From IMG/VR virus record IMGVR_UViG_3300025466_000014: 64,000 nt of DNA. One strand, 5' to 3'. How positions within the stretch are numbered: position 1 is the stretch's first letter; the number at the start of each line of letters is the position of its first letter. The notes under the pieces were generated by a model. That model was not told the DNA's origin. It ran no database searches and saw nothing but the letters and a program-made list of their open reading frames with translations. The position numbers and the translations under genes are program-made. Shown piece after piece: positions 27,688-37,536 of the stretch. This stretch comes from a virus.

Positions 27688-30600
27688 TTAGCGTGTCTTC
27701 TTGGTAACCTTTTCCTCTGCCACCGCTTTAGGATCTTGCGCAGGTCCAATATCTACGGTTGCATCGTTTTTAAGTTCCATGATGTTAGACAACTTACGAA
27801 TGGACTTAGCTTGAACATTAAGTTGGTCAATGTTGTTAACGCTAATTCCAGCGTCCTTCAATTGTCCCAGAATCTTATGAATGCCCCCAATGTTGGCTGC
27901 ATAGATACTAAGTGAAGGATTGCTAATTACCCAGTTAGTGGACGGAGCCTTATAACGAGAGCTCATAGCCTTTGCTGTTGCAGGATGACCTGCACCGTAC
28001 GGCATTGCCAAATAAGCTACACCATAACGCGGTGCAACACCAGCCTTAGCTGCTTCCCTCAGAGCCGCAGCATCGCGATCACCACCGTCCGTAACCAACG
28101 CAAACATTTGCAGCAACTTAGGATTCGACGTTGGCTTCCAACCCAAACGCATGTAATTCATATAGGCAGCCTTGCCCATAAGTTTTGCATAGTGTTTGTG
28201 TGTTTGCAAAGCATTGCTATCCAACTCTTGAGCCAACGTAATGAACGCATCCGAATCAACTTCGGTAGAAACGTTAAAGCCTGCGTCAGCCCACAGACGG
28301 AATTGAGTAATCAGTTGCTTATGATTACGAATACGAGTGTGAACCATCTTAGGTTCTAACTTAAAGCCCAAAGCCTCCAAAGCCTTAACCGCGCGTTTGT
28401 CAGAACTTTCAATGTATCCAAGACGAACGTAGCCGTTAACGATAGTCAAGTCCAGACCAATAGAAAGCTTGCCTTCCTTCTTACGAGCCTTCTGTTTTTC
28501 TAACAGACGTTGACGTTCCTGTTCTTTGGCAATTTCGCGTTGCTGTTTTAGTGTCAACTTAGCAGGCTTAGAGTAAACTGCAGGCGCTGTAATTTCGCCG
28601 GTAACAGGCAAGCCAGCGGCCTCTGCGAGTTTAATCTTCATGTCGTTGGAGTTAGTCTCAGTGCGCGTAATAATAAAAGCATTAGTAACACGCAAACGAG
28701 AAACCACAGTGCCGTCGTCTAAGGATACACGCAAAGCAGTAACAGATTCGCCTTTAACACGACCAGCCGACAGGATAAATCCATCACCGTATTCTGTATG
28801 AACACGTTTACCAGCCAACAGTTCTTTTTGACGGCGAATCTCAGGATTCTTTGCACCGGTTTCGTCTTCGTCATCTCCACCTGGACCAGAATCATCATCT
28901 TCGTCATCAGTAGACAACTCAAGGCCAAGGTAGTTGTCAACACGGACTAAACCTAGTTCAGAAGCTGCGTAAAGCTCTGTACCTTGTGCGTAAGGTACCG
29001 CAGACAAAATAGCTGCACCAGTTGGGACAGGGGCCACCTTAATAGGCGTAAATTTCACCCCACCCTCAGCCTGCTGTTTGGCCTTGTATTCTTCGTAGTC
29101 AGAAGTAACAACAGAATTCAGTTGTTGCATCGAACGCTGGTACTGAGCCAGGTTGGTATCAAAGTCATTCTTAGTCTGAATAGCTTCCAGGTTCATTGGA
29201 ATGATTGGGATATCTTCAATTGACTGATAGGCTGGGTCTGTAGAGTTATCAAACTTAGCCAAAGCAACAATCTTTGCCCGCAAACGTGCTGCTTTAGTAA
29301 CGTCAATAGTGCGGTTAGCAACCAATGTGTCGAATCGCAGACGTTGACGTTGGTCACCACCCTTACCAAAGTAAGGACGTGCAATACGGCAATCACCTTG
29401 CTCTTGTTCACCAGGGGTCCACACACCTTCAACACGAGCCAAGTAACCAGCAATCTGCAAGTTTAAGCCAACTTCAAGCGACTTACGAATACCAATCATC
29501 CATTTGATGTTTGGATCTTTCTTGAAACGATTAACGTGTTCTGTCTTTTGTGAGGCAGAATAGAGCAAACCGCATTTTTGCAACTCAGGAGGCATTGAAG
29601 CGAACAGAGACGCAGCAGATGCATTGTAGTTAACGAAAACAATTGCCTTAGAAGTATTGTTTTCAAACCAGTCAGTCAGCAAGCGGGCCAACTGCATAGC
29701 TTTAGGAGATTTCAGGTCGTCACCAGACAAAGGTGGAATAAACTTACCTTCTTCTGTTTTAAAACCGTTAACAGAGTAAGGATGCGATGCTGGATCAGTA
29801 ACAAAGCGCTCAATGTCTGCAAGGTAGGGTTGCAAAGCAGGGCCTACGTCGCCGTTATCGTCAAGAATGTCTTCAGTATTTGCATCTTCGTCAGCTTCGT
29901 CCATATCGCCAAAGTTTTCCTCATCTTCAGCGGAAGCTTTCTTGCCGTTAAGTTTTTCCAGAAGTTTACGCGCACCTTTGTCTGTTTCAGCTAACTTCTT
30001 AATCTGCTGAATCATGTCATCAAAGATAGCGTCGTACATTACCTTTTGATTTGCAGTCAACTCAACCGAAATAAATCGGTCTTCACGTTTAGGGAGAGCG
30101 TAAGCCCACTCACGACGTTTAGCAGAAGCCCATACAACAGAACCCTTTAACTTAGGCAGAATGTGAGCAATCGAGTTCTCACCACTAGTGCGCCACTGCA
30201 TAACACGATCACCGCTGACGTTCTCACCGTAGGTCTGATTGAAGTCGTTACGTGTACCAAAGATTGTTGGGTCAAGAATAGCCATTTGACCAGGGAGGTC
30301 AGAAGGCGAATCCGGATTAAGAGTACCTGAAGCAATACGCTTTTTAGGAATGTCGGCGATAAGGCTCATTACTGCCTTAGCACGAGCAGACTTAGCGTTC
30401 TTGAGAAAGTGCGACTCATCCAAGAACACATACCCAGGACGGAACTGACGAATCAACTCAGTTACAGGGAATACTAGGATAGAAGACGTTCCATAGCCAG
30501 CCGAACGAGCGCGGAATTTCAACGCGTCGTAATCAACAATCATAACAGTATTGATGGGAGCAGCCTTTAGAATCTGCTCATAACGAGCAATACCAGAAGT

Positions 30601-32457
30601 CCTAAAGTTATAGGACGTAATTGGAATCACGTTAACTTGACCGTCAGTAAACTCTACCAGTTCTGAAACGTAGTTAGCCACTAGGTGACCAGGGCACATA
30701 ATCAGATAAGGAGCCGAACGGTTAGCCTTAATCTCGTACAAAACGTCTGTAATAGCAAGCAAGCTCTTACCACCGCCAGCAGCAACATCCAAAACGGCTA
30801 GGTCAGGAGACTCGCGCAGCAGACAACGGATTTTAACTTGATGCGGTTGTAGCCCTGCGTCAGGTTTGCTGAATTTATCTGTAAGCAGCGGAGCGTCCGG
30901 AGGAGTCCAATCAGGAATTACACCCTGATTAAGTGCGCCTTTGTTTGCCTCATTTGCCTCAGCACGTACTTGGCTAATCTTGCTACCGTAGCAAGCAAGG
31001 AGGGAAATGATACCCAGCTGGCTGGTTATAGTAACAACCGCATACTTGGCGTAAAGTGCTTCCAAGTTTTTAGTCATGCCCTCATGCAAGGCATAGATAA
31101 ATTCTACCACTGGCAAAAAGCCAGGCTGATCTGTCTCGGCAGTAAAGTCTGCATAGCGCAAGACAAAGTTGGGCTGTTCTTTAACAGTAGCTTCCCATAC
31201 CTTCTCAAAATACTGATCAATAGTTACGTTGCTTAGGTAACCTTTGGCGTTAGCCTCAGCGGTTTCTTCTGCTGTAAGGGCACCCAGATAGCGCGATACG
31301 TTTGTAGGTACGCTGCATTGCGCCGCAAAGTTAACAAGACCTTTGAGGAAAGCGGGATTAACATTACGATTAAGCAGATTCATTGCCATGGTAGGAGTGC
31401 ATTTGCGGAAATGCTCCATGGGCATAATCTGAATCTTACCGCTTGTATCCGAATAAGAAAATTTGTTGTTAATCCAGTCTACCAAGATGGGCAGATTAGA
31501 CGGTAACCGAGGGCGCATGTTAGACTTAGGAGTGCGCAAAGCAAATTCACCGTTTTCTCCCACGCTTGCACTTGCGTAAGTAGACTCATAGATAGTCGTG
31601 TTATCGCAAACGCTAGGAATGTAGAGTGGGTCTCCGTCCATGTTAATGGCAATAGAGTACTGGTCAACTCGCTCATCCAAGGGATCGTGTTTGGGGAGCG
31701 TCTCAGAAATGCGAGACATCGAAATGGCAGACTTGCCGTAGTATTTAGAGACGTATTCTGCTTCCACCCAGGCACTAACCAAAGGGTACAAATCAACAGC
31801 ACGTACCTGCAGCCAGTCTGTAGAGGTCAAAAACTCTACAACTTCTTTTGGAATCTTAAACTCCAAATAAAGAACAGAAGGCGTACCTGCCTTGATTACT
31901 GCGGCTTCTAGAGTAGTCGAAAATATGGACTTGGTACCGTTATCGAGGCCGGAGTTTAAGAACAATTTTGTAACCGGATAACGCTTACCACCAGAAGCCA
32001 AAGCTACGCGAATCTCTTCAAGAGTCTCTTCTGCCGGAGGCACGTCCGTAAACAACTGGAGAGTGTTAAACAGGTTGTCAACACTATTCATGGCAAGGAT
32101 AGGAAGCTCAAGCTTAAAATACGGAGCTTCGGTATTGAATTTTACCAGAGTAGTGTACTGAGCCAAAGCCATTTCTTGGCGATTATTTTCCCAGTCACTG
32201 AGTGCCTTAGACATTGCCTTCTTTGCCTTGCGCTCTTCTTGAGACACTGCGCGAGGAGGTTTAGCAAGGCTAATAACGCGAGTGTCCATAAAGGCACCCA
32301 ATGCAAGTTTCAAAAGAACCTTTCGGGCATCGCCGGTATAGACCTTACGAAATACTCCAAGAAAACCTGTTTTTAGAGTTGCGTCGGAAACAGAGTAAGC
32401 CTGATCTTGGACGAGGTTCGTCTTAGGTCGAGCTATCTGAAAAGCTTTTAATTCCAT
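27688..32457 (-). CDS. large SNF2/SWI2-family ATPase (1589 aa)
   Basis: LQPHQ, DVAAGGGKS, MCP, FLDESH, IASGT, motif V SLEVGLNLQ, motif VI EQGDCRIAR; SH3/KOW-like VHTEYGDG; starts MELKA. Confidence 0.88.
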   Translation of the reverse strand: MELKAFQIARPKTNLVQDQAYSVSDATLKTGFLGVFRKVYTGDARKVLLKLALGAFMDTRVISLAKPPRAVSQEERKAKKAMSKALSDWENNRQEMALAQYTTLVKFNTEAPYFKLELPILAMNSVDNLFNTLQLFTDVPPAEETLEEIRVALASGGKRYPVTKLFLNSGLDNGTKSIFSTTLEAAVIKAGTPSVLYLEFKIPKEVVEFLTSTDWLQVRAVDLYPLVSAWVEAEYVSKYYGKSAISMSRISETLPKHDPLDERVDQYSIAINMDGDPLYIPSVCDNTTIYESTYASASVGENGEFALRTPKSNMRPRLPSNLPILVDWINNKFSYSDTSGKIQIMPMEHFRKCTPTMAMNLLNRNVNPAFLKGLVNFAAQCSVPTNVSRYLGALTAEETAEANAKGYLSNVTIDQYFEKVWEATVKEQPNFVLRYADFTAETDQPGFLPVVEFIYALHEGMTKNLEALYAKYAVVTITSQLGIISLLACYGSKISQVRAEANEANKGALNQGVIPDWTPPDAPLLTDKFSKPDAGLQPHQVKIRCLLRESPDLAVLDVAAGGGKSLLAITDVLYEIKANRSAPYLIMCPGHLVANYVSELVEFTDGQVNVIPITSYNFRTSGIARYEQILKAAPINTVMIVDYDALKFRARSAGYGTSSILVFPVTELIRQFRPGYVFLDESHFLKNAKSARAKAVMSLIADIPKKRIASGTLNPDSPSDLPGQMAILDPTIFGTRNDFNQTYGENVSGDRVMQWRTSGENSIAHILPKLKGSVVWASAKRREWAYALPKREDRFISVELTANQKVMYDAIFDDMIQQIKKLAETDKGARKLLEKLNGKKASAEDEENFGDMDEADEDANTEDILDDNGDVGPALQPYLADIERFVTDPASHPYSVNGFKTEEGKFIPPLSGDDLKSPKAMQLARLLTDWFENNTSKAIVFVNYNASAASLFASMPPELQKCGLLYSASQKTEHVNRFKKDPNIKWMIGIRKSLEVGLNLQIAGYLARVEGVWTPGEQEQGDCRIARPYFGKGGDQRQRLRFDTLVANRTIDVTKAARLRAKIVALAKFDNSTDPAYQSIEDIPIIPMNLEAIQTKNDFDTNLAQYQRSMQQLNSVVTSDYEEYKAKQQAEGGVKFTPIKVAPVPTGAAILSAVPYAQGTELYAASELGLVRVDNYLGLELSTDDEDDDSGPGGDDEDETGAKNPEIRRQKELLAGKRVHTEYGDGFILSAGRVKGESVTALRVSLDDGTVVSRLRVTNAFIITRTETNSNDMKIKLAEAAGLPVTGEITAPAVYSKPAKLTLKQQREIAKEQERQRLLEKQKARKKEGKLSIGLDLTIVNGYVRLGYIESSDKRAVKALEALGFKLEPKMVHTRIRNHKQLITQFRLWADAGFNVSTEVDSDAFITLAQELDSNALQTHKHYAKLMGKAAYMNYMRLGWKPTSNPKLLQMFALVTDGGDRDAAALREAAKAGVAPRYGVAYLAMPYGAGHPATAKAMSSRYKAPSTNWVISNPSLSIYAANIGGIHKILGQLKDAGISVNNIDQLNVQAKSIRKLSNIMELKNDATVDIGPAQDPKAVAEEKVTKKTR

Positions 32458-32816
32458 TTTTTAATATCCTCGGTTATTTTGGTAAGTTGGGAAAATTCTT
32501 TTAAATCTTGAGGCTCTAGCTGGTACTTGCTTTGGTAGGCTACTCTATATAGCTCTTTGTACTTCTGTATGGTTAAAATTGATAGGCTCAGAGTTAACCT
32601 TAATTCCTTAGCCTGGTTTACGCCTAAGCTAAATTTAGGTGTCCCTGGCTGGTTTTTAAGAACGTTTTTACTATAGGCTCCTCGGGCTCTTGCAACAGCC
32701 TGCGCAACCGATACTCCCAGAATTGTTCCTGAGTATCTAGGCGTACTCTCAAATTCAAAGTTAAACAGATAATATTTAGGCGTAACCTCAGGTATTCTAG
32801 CGGCAACTTTTGTCAT
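32448..32816 (-). CDS. hypothetical protein
   Basis: Tightly packed minus-strand ORF. Confidence 0.65.
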   Translation of the reverse strand: MTKVAARIPEVTPKYYLFNFEFESTPRYSGTILGVSVAQAVARARGAYSKNVLKNQPGTPKFSLGVNQAKELRLTLSLSILTIQKYKELYRVAYQSKYQLEPQDLKEFSQLTKITEDIKKWN

Positions 32817-32817
32817 T

Positions 32818-33471
32818 CTATATTGACCTTATTACTGGAACCTTATAAGGCCTTTTAGAGCTGGCTATAGGTTTCCAAAGACTGTTAAAGATAAAATCCT
32901 TTAAATTTTGACCTTCAGCGTCCGGATGAATTGGGCAACGTAGAATGTAACCTATGTGCCACTGATTGAGAGAGTTTATTTGGTCGTTGGCAATAAACAC
33001 TTCAAGTCCAGGCTCCCAGGAAACGCTGTAGAATGTCTTATCATTTTTACGGAGACGACTAAACCTATAAGGTATAGGAAACCTAAACACCTGCTTGAAC
33101 CAAGAAGCATCCTGTACTCTGTATTGACCTGAGACGCGTATCTCAAATCCGTAGTCGGTAATGGTTACCTCATGTTTGACATTTAATATCGGCTTCAAAC
33201 CTCGAAGAAACTTAGTTCTGTCTAAAAAGAGAACAAACTGAGAACGTCGTTTAAAAAGGTACTGCCTAATAGCACTGTTAGCGTCACCTTTAAAAAACGG
33301 GTCTAAGCCTTGAGCCTGACAAAGATTTATAAACTTTTCTAAGACAATTACCCAAGCTTCTTTAGACGTCAATTTAGCCGCGCCTGTACTAAGGCAGGCT
33401 TGAAACCAAGCGTCCGCAGCAAAAGGGTTTAAGCTCTTAGGAAAGTCTAAAGGGTTTGGGTAGTTGTTCAT
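32818..33471 (-). CDS. hypothetical protein
   Basis: Tightly packed minus-strand ORF. Confidence 0.7.
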   Translation of the reverse strand: MNNYPNPLDFPKSLNPFAADAWFQACLSTGAAKLTSKEAWVIVLEKFINLCQAQGLDPFFKGDANSAIRQYLFKRRSQFVLFLDRTKFLRGLKPILNVKHEVTITDYGFEIRVSGQYRVQDASWFKQVFRFPIPYRFSRLRKNDKTFYSVSWEPGLEVFIANDQINSLNQWHIGYILRCPIHPDAEGQNLKDFIFNSLWKPIASSKRPYKVPVIRSI

Positions 33472-33473
33472 TT

Positions 33474-33878
33474 TTAAGGCTGAAGGTCGTCCATCAAAAG
33501 AGATTGCTCTGGCGGAGTTTCAACACCACCGTCATCGTGGGTTAGAACTTGCAATTCTGGTTTTTCGCCGTTTTCAGGCACACCATCATTTTTTAAGTCA
33601 AACACTACGCCTGTTTTAGGCAGCTCACGTGTTTCAGAGTTAACGTATGTAGCCTCAGGAGGCATTTCAACGCTAACAAACTTGTTTAGCTTATCAAAGT
33701 AACCGTATTTAACTTTTGCACCTTTTACACGGCTAGCATCCTTCTCTGCTGACTTACGGTCAACGTGCTGGTCATGATTTTGACCAGGAAAGAATACCCA
33801 CCAAAGAGGCTTATTATTAAACACATAATCATAGTCGCCTTCAGAAGCCTGAAGGCGAATCTTAGCTGCTAGTTTCAT
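33474..33878 (-). CDS. leader-bearing putative internal head protein
   Basis: Starts MKLAAKIRLQAS; SD AAAGGA. Confidence 0.75.
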   Translation of the reverse strand: MKLAAKIRLQASEGDYDYVFNNKPLWWVFFPGQNHDQHVDRKSAEKDASRVKGAKVKYGYFDKLNKFVSVEMPPEATYVNSETRELPKTGVVFDLKNDGVPENGEKPELQVLTHDDGGVETPPEQSLLMDDLQP

Positions 33879-33879
33879 G

Positions 33880-34170
33880 CTATTTCCTTTTCATATGATT
33901 GTGCCTAGCGTCATGACACTCTTTGCACACCGACATTAAGTTACTCATTGTTGAGGTACCACCTCGGCTTAGCGGTACAATATGATGTACGTCTACAGCC
34001 TTAGCACCGCATTTGTTCCAACCTTTCATTCCCTGACATTTGCCACCATCGCGGTCAAAGACTTTTTTACGCAAGTCCCACCAAGACGTTTTACCGTTTG
34101 AATATGAGTCTCGTACAATTTTCGCTGAACCTGTAGCAGACTTACGAACAAAAGGTCGAGTAAATATCAC
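33880..34170 (-). CDS. HNH endonuclease
   Basis: VFDRDGGKCQ..C..VDVHHIVPLSRGG..NLMSVCKECH. Confidence 0.9.
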   Translation of the reverse strand: MIFTRPFVRKSATGSAKIVRDSYSNGKTSWWDLRKKVFDRDGGKCQGMKGWNKCGAKAVDVHHIVPLSRGGTSTMSNLMSVCKECHDARHNHMKRK

Positions 34171-34502
34171 GGCGTAGTACCCATAGCAGACCGGTCATGG
34201 AAGTAGAATTTCAAGACCGCACCTTGCAGAACCGAGTAAGGTGCGGTAACCGCCGCAATAATCAAGGCCGTGTTACCATCGTTATGAGTATCAGCATAGG
34301 CAAAAGCCCACTTCATTACGTAGACTAAACCAACCAAGGTTGCAGTAGACACTGCATGTTGCTCGATATTGTGTTTGTCTACCCAGGTCCAAAAAACTTC
34401 TAGTTGATTAAACAGAGTATTAAAAAATGACGAGAAAAACCCCATGAGGTTTTTACCCAATGAGGTTTTTACTGCTGCAGGTTGTGCGGTTGTATTTTCC
34501 AT
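34167..34502 (-). CDS. membrane protein with two TM segments (holin-like)
   Basis: SD AAGGA before MENTT; hydrophobic AVSTATLVGLVYVMKWAF and TALIIAAVTAPYSVLQGAVL. Confidence 0.55.
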   Translation of the reverse strand: MENTTAQPAAVKTSLGKNLMGFFSSFFNTLFNQLEVFWTWVDKHNIEQHAVSTATLVGLVYVMKWAFAYADTHNDGNTALIIAAVTAPYSVLQGAVLKFYFHDRSAMGTTP

Positions 34503-34530
34503 TTTAAGTCCTTCACATAAAATTGCGGCT

Positions 34531-35985
34531 TTACAAGAGACCAGTAAAGATAACGCCACTGTTGTAGATGGAAGCAGGCGTTATTGCAATAGCTACACCA
34601 CCAACGTTATTACCCGTTGTGTTTGTTATATCTAGAGAACCGTCTCCGCTGCCGTTGCCACGAATAATCAAGTTAACCTTCAAAGCTTTAACTTCGGCGT
34701 CTAGCGTAGACTGAATTTTGCCAATCATGTTATCTAGGTATTGCGTCTTGTCTACATCCAGGGTTATCGCTGCGCCCGAGAAATTAAAGGCCTTTTCACC
34801 TTCAAGGAGGTATTGTGCCTCAAGTGCATACTTTTCTGCGTACAAGAGCCAAAACTCACGAACAGGTCCCTGAGCGTTAGTCATTGTCAAAGAAGTAAAC
34901 TGACCATAAGCTCCGTTGAAAGCATCTGCGCCTCGACGTAGCCATTTCATTACCTCAATACTGGAATACTGAGAGTCTGGCGTGCCGAACAAAGTTGTGC
35001 GTGCCTTGTTAATCTTACTCTTTACGTCTTCCGCAGCCGAAATTATCGAATCGTTTACGACCCACAAAGAGGAAGATTCACGATAGGTTTGCACTGTGTT
35101 GTTAGAAAAACTCCAGAGTACCTGATAAGGCGTTAAAGACACTGGCAAGTTTGTCGTGTCAATAGCCGCGCCTATAAAATACCCGTTAGCAACGCGCTTA
35201 GGACTACCTAAAGGTTGATAACTTAAAAGAGTGCCGTTTTGTAAAACAGACACGGCACAGTTAGCAAAGGCAGTTTCAGTCACACAGCTAATTGCAGCCA
35301 TGTCTCCGGCGTATTCCATCGCATCTTGTGCGCCCAAAGGCATATTAGGGTAACCAAGTACCCTTATATTTTCGTAGGAATAACAGACATTGTTGCCTTG
35401 CCTAAGAGTATATCGCAACTGATAGGGATTGTCTAGGCTAGGTGGAATTGAGCTAGGTACACTTACAACTGATTTAGCAATAACAATATTTACTGTACCA
35501 GTCATTAAAACTTTATAGTCGTAGGCGTTACCTGAAGCCCAGACAATACCTTGGGAGTCCAACACATCCCAATTAACGTAGCCGCCAGTAGGATCAAAAG
35601 ATGCCGCAAACTGAAACTGCGTTGTTGCCAAGGCAGAGTCACCAGCCTGCAATTGACCCACTAAATTTTGATATGAATCTGGATCTTCGTTGTTTACGGG
35701 CGCAAAACTATCGCTAGTAACTTGAACTGCAATAGTCCATGTTAGAGTCTGCTGCGTAGTTTTTACTGTAGCAACGAATCCGTAAGTAACGCCGGCAGTA
35801 CCGCCAGTTACCTGAAAAGATATTACGTTGGCTACGATCGACAACAGAGATATTATGGGCGTGTTTGCGTCTACAGGAGTAGCTGTAGATATTTGAACAT
35901 TGGTTATTGTCTCACCAACGCCCAAGAGCAGACTAATCTGATTATTTAGGTCTGCTGCGCCTTTAGTAAAGACTGAAGTGTTCAT
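34531..35985 (-). CDS. virion structural protein (neck/head-tail adaptor-like, Ig-like repeats)
   Basis: Beta-rich N-terminal domains plus a helical C-terminal domain (AYGQFTSLT..LLYAEKYAL); context. Confidence 0.5.
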   Translation of the reverse strand: MNTSVFTKGAADLNNQISLLLGVGETITNVQISTATPVDANTPIISLLSIVANVISFQVTGGTAGVTYGFVATVKTTQQTLTWTIAVQVTSDSFAPVNNEDPDSYQNLVGQLQAGDSALATTQFQFAASFDPTGGYVNWDVLDSQGIVWASGNAYDYKVLMTGTVNIVIAKSVVSVPSSIPPSLDNPYQLRYTLRQGNNVCYSYENIRVLGYPNMPLGAQDAMEYAGDMAAISCVTETAFANCAVSVLQNGTLLSYQPLGSPKRVANGYFIGAAIDTTNLPVSLTPYQVLWSFSNNTVQTYRESSSLWVVNDSIISAAEDVKSKINKARTTLFGTPDSQYSSIEVMKWLRRGADAFNGAYGQFTSLTMTNAQGPVREFWLLYAEKYALEAQYLLEGEKAFNFSGAAITLDVDKTQYLDNMIGKIQSTLDAEVKALKVNLIIRGNGSGDGSLDITNTTGNNVGGVAIAITPASIYNSGVIFTGLL

Positions 35986-37001
35986 TATTTATCCTTCCAT
36001 GTAGGCATAACGTAGTCGTCTGCGTAGTAGACAGGACCTGCATTTTCAAGGTAGACTGTCTTAAATAAGGGATGCCTAAAAGTAGGGTCCATCATCTTTA
36101 TAGCCTTACCTAATTTTTCAATAACGCCGGAGGCTACACGCCCCTCGTGTTCAAAAATAACACGGTCCCTATCTTCAGGTTCAGTTACTTTACGTTTACC
36201 TTTAAAAGACTCAGGTGTAATGCGCGGCCCAATTCTGGCTGCCTCAGAAGCCTCACGCTTTGCGCGGTCCATTGCCGTTCCGTATTCTATCTCATCTGTA
36301 TGGTCGTAACGGCTGGGGTTCAGTCCTACTTTAACCATCCATTGTTTCCAGACAGGGCCATGACCCTTTTCAATCGAGTTTTCAGCCCTCGAGAGACGAG
36401 AAATCTGATTGCAGGCCTGGTGGCACATTTCATGCAAAAAGATAGTCAAGAAAACTTGCTCAGTAGCATTAAACACCTTGGTGTTCATCCACAAAGTACC
36501 AGGTTCCCCTTCACACCTAGAGAAGTAGATACCACGAGCGTTCTTTAGATTAGTCTTATGCGGTGGCGTAGGCGAGACAAGCAGGGTAGGCTCCTGCATA
36601 ACCGAATTGAATTTGTGTTCGTTAAAATAGTGCCAAAGCTTTTTGCAGAATGCTACAGCTTTTCCCGGGTTAACCTGAACCTGCATAAACATCTTATGCA
36701 GCTCAGGAGTTACGATAACTTCGTGGTCCACTGTTTGATTTTTAACAGCCGCCCGCGCTTTGCCTTTGTAAACAAAACGCACCAGATTCTTAGAAGGCAA
36801 ATAGCCAATGCTTGCTACGCCAGGTAAATTGTAGACTGCGGTTTTGCCGTTGGACGTTACAGTGCTTTCTCCTAATTTTTTTAGAAGTTTAGGATTAAGA
36901 GAAGTGTACTTGTAGGTTGTGATATGATCTTTGTTGTCAATCAAAGACAAACCCTCAAAACCAAACGTTGCTAGAAATTTTACAATATCCGGTTGATCCA
37001 T
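35985..37001 (-). CDS. SprT-like zinc metalloprotease
   Basis: FNEHKF..ARG..LWMN..IFLHEMCHQ..HGPVWKQWM. Confidence 0.85.
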   Translation of the reverse strand: MDQPDIVKFLATFGFEGLSLIDNKDHITTYKYTSLNPKLLKKLGESTVTSNGKTAVYNLPGVASIGYLPSKNLVRFVYKGKARAAVKNQTVDHEVIVTPELHKMFMQVQVNPGKAVAFCKKLWHYFNEHKFNSVMQEPTLLVSPTPPHKTNLKNARGIYFSRCEGEPGTLWMNTKVFNATEQVFLTIFLHEMCHQACNQISRLSRAENSIEKGHGPVWKQWMVKVGLNPSRYDHTDEIEYGTAMDRAKREASEAARIGPRITPESFKGKRKVTEPEDRDRVIFEHEGRVASGVIEKLGKAIKMMDPTFRHPLFKTVYLENAGPVYYADDYVMPTWKDK

Positions 37002-37002
37002 A

Positions 37003-37524
37003 TTAGGCTCCGTAAAAAGAAGTTACTGCCTTTTTAAAACCAGGATGTAAATTTTCAGGAAATGTAGTAAACCATTTAGCGTCTGTATGCTCTTCATTTA
37101 GCTTAGGTTCAAACTCATAAGGCACTATAGCGTAATGATTATGAAAAGTATAGTGAGTTTCAGGATTGTAAACCCGATGCATATGATGCAAAACCGAAGT
37201 AAACTCGCGAGGGTCAAACCCAATTTCTTCTCGGCATTCTCTTTGCGCGGCTTCTTGAATAGTCTCATCATTCTCAACACCACCACCTGGGGGACACCAC
37301 GTACCTTCACCGTCACCTAAGTTTGAACGTTTCAGGAGAAGGACAGACTGTTTAGGCTCACAATAGAACATTACACCAGCGCCATGTCCGCCCATAGTCT
37401 GAGCGCCTGAGGTTAGCATTGCAGGCTCCATGTTTGTCTGATGGCAATTAGCGCATACCATTCCCATGTAGCCTTTTAAGAGGCTGCTATTGGGTTTACC
37501 GCAAGCATTGCAAAAGAGTTTCAT
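37003..37524 (-). CDS. NUDIX hydrolase with N-terminal zinc ribbon
   Basis: Nudix box GGGVENDETIQEAAQRECREEIG; CNAC..CANC; EHTDAKWF. Confidence 0.9.
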   Translation of the reverse strand: MKLFCNACGKPNSSLLKGYMGMVCANCHQTNMEPAMLTSGAQTMGGHGAGVMFYCEPKQSVLLLKRSNLGDGEGTWCPPGGGVENDETIQEAAQRECREEIGFDPREFTSVLHHMHRVYNPETHYTFHNHYAIVPYEFEPKLNEEHTDAKWFTTFPENLHPGFKKAVTSFYGA

Positions 37525-37536
37525 TTTAATTTCCTT

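Noticed and set aside
32448-32816. MTKVAARIPE as another leader copy
   Set aside because: Lacks the RLxA core; too weak to count
33880-34170. HNH as a mobile homing endonuclease
   Set aside because: Small stand-alone HNH without extra DNA-binding domain or intron, in a morphogenesis block; more like a packaging-associated HNH
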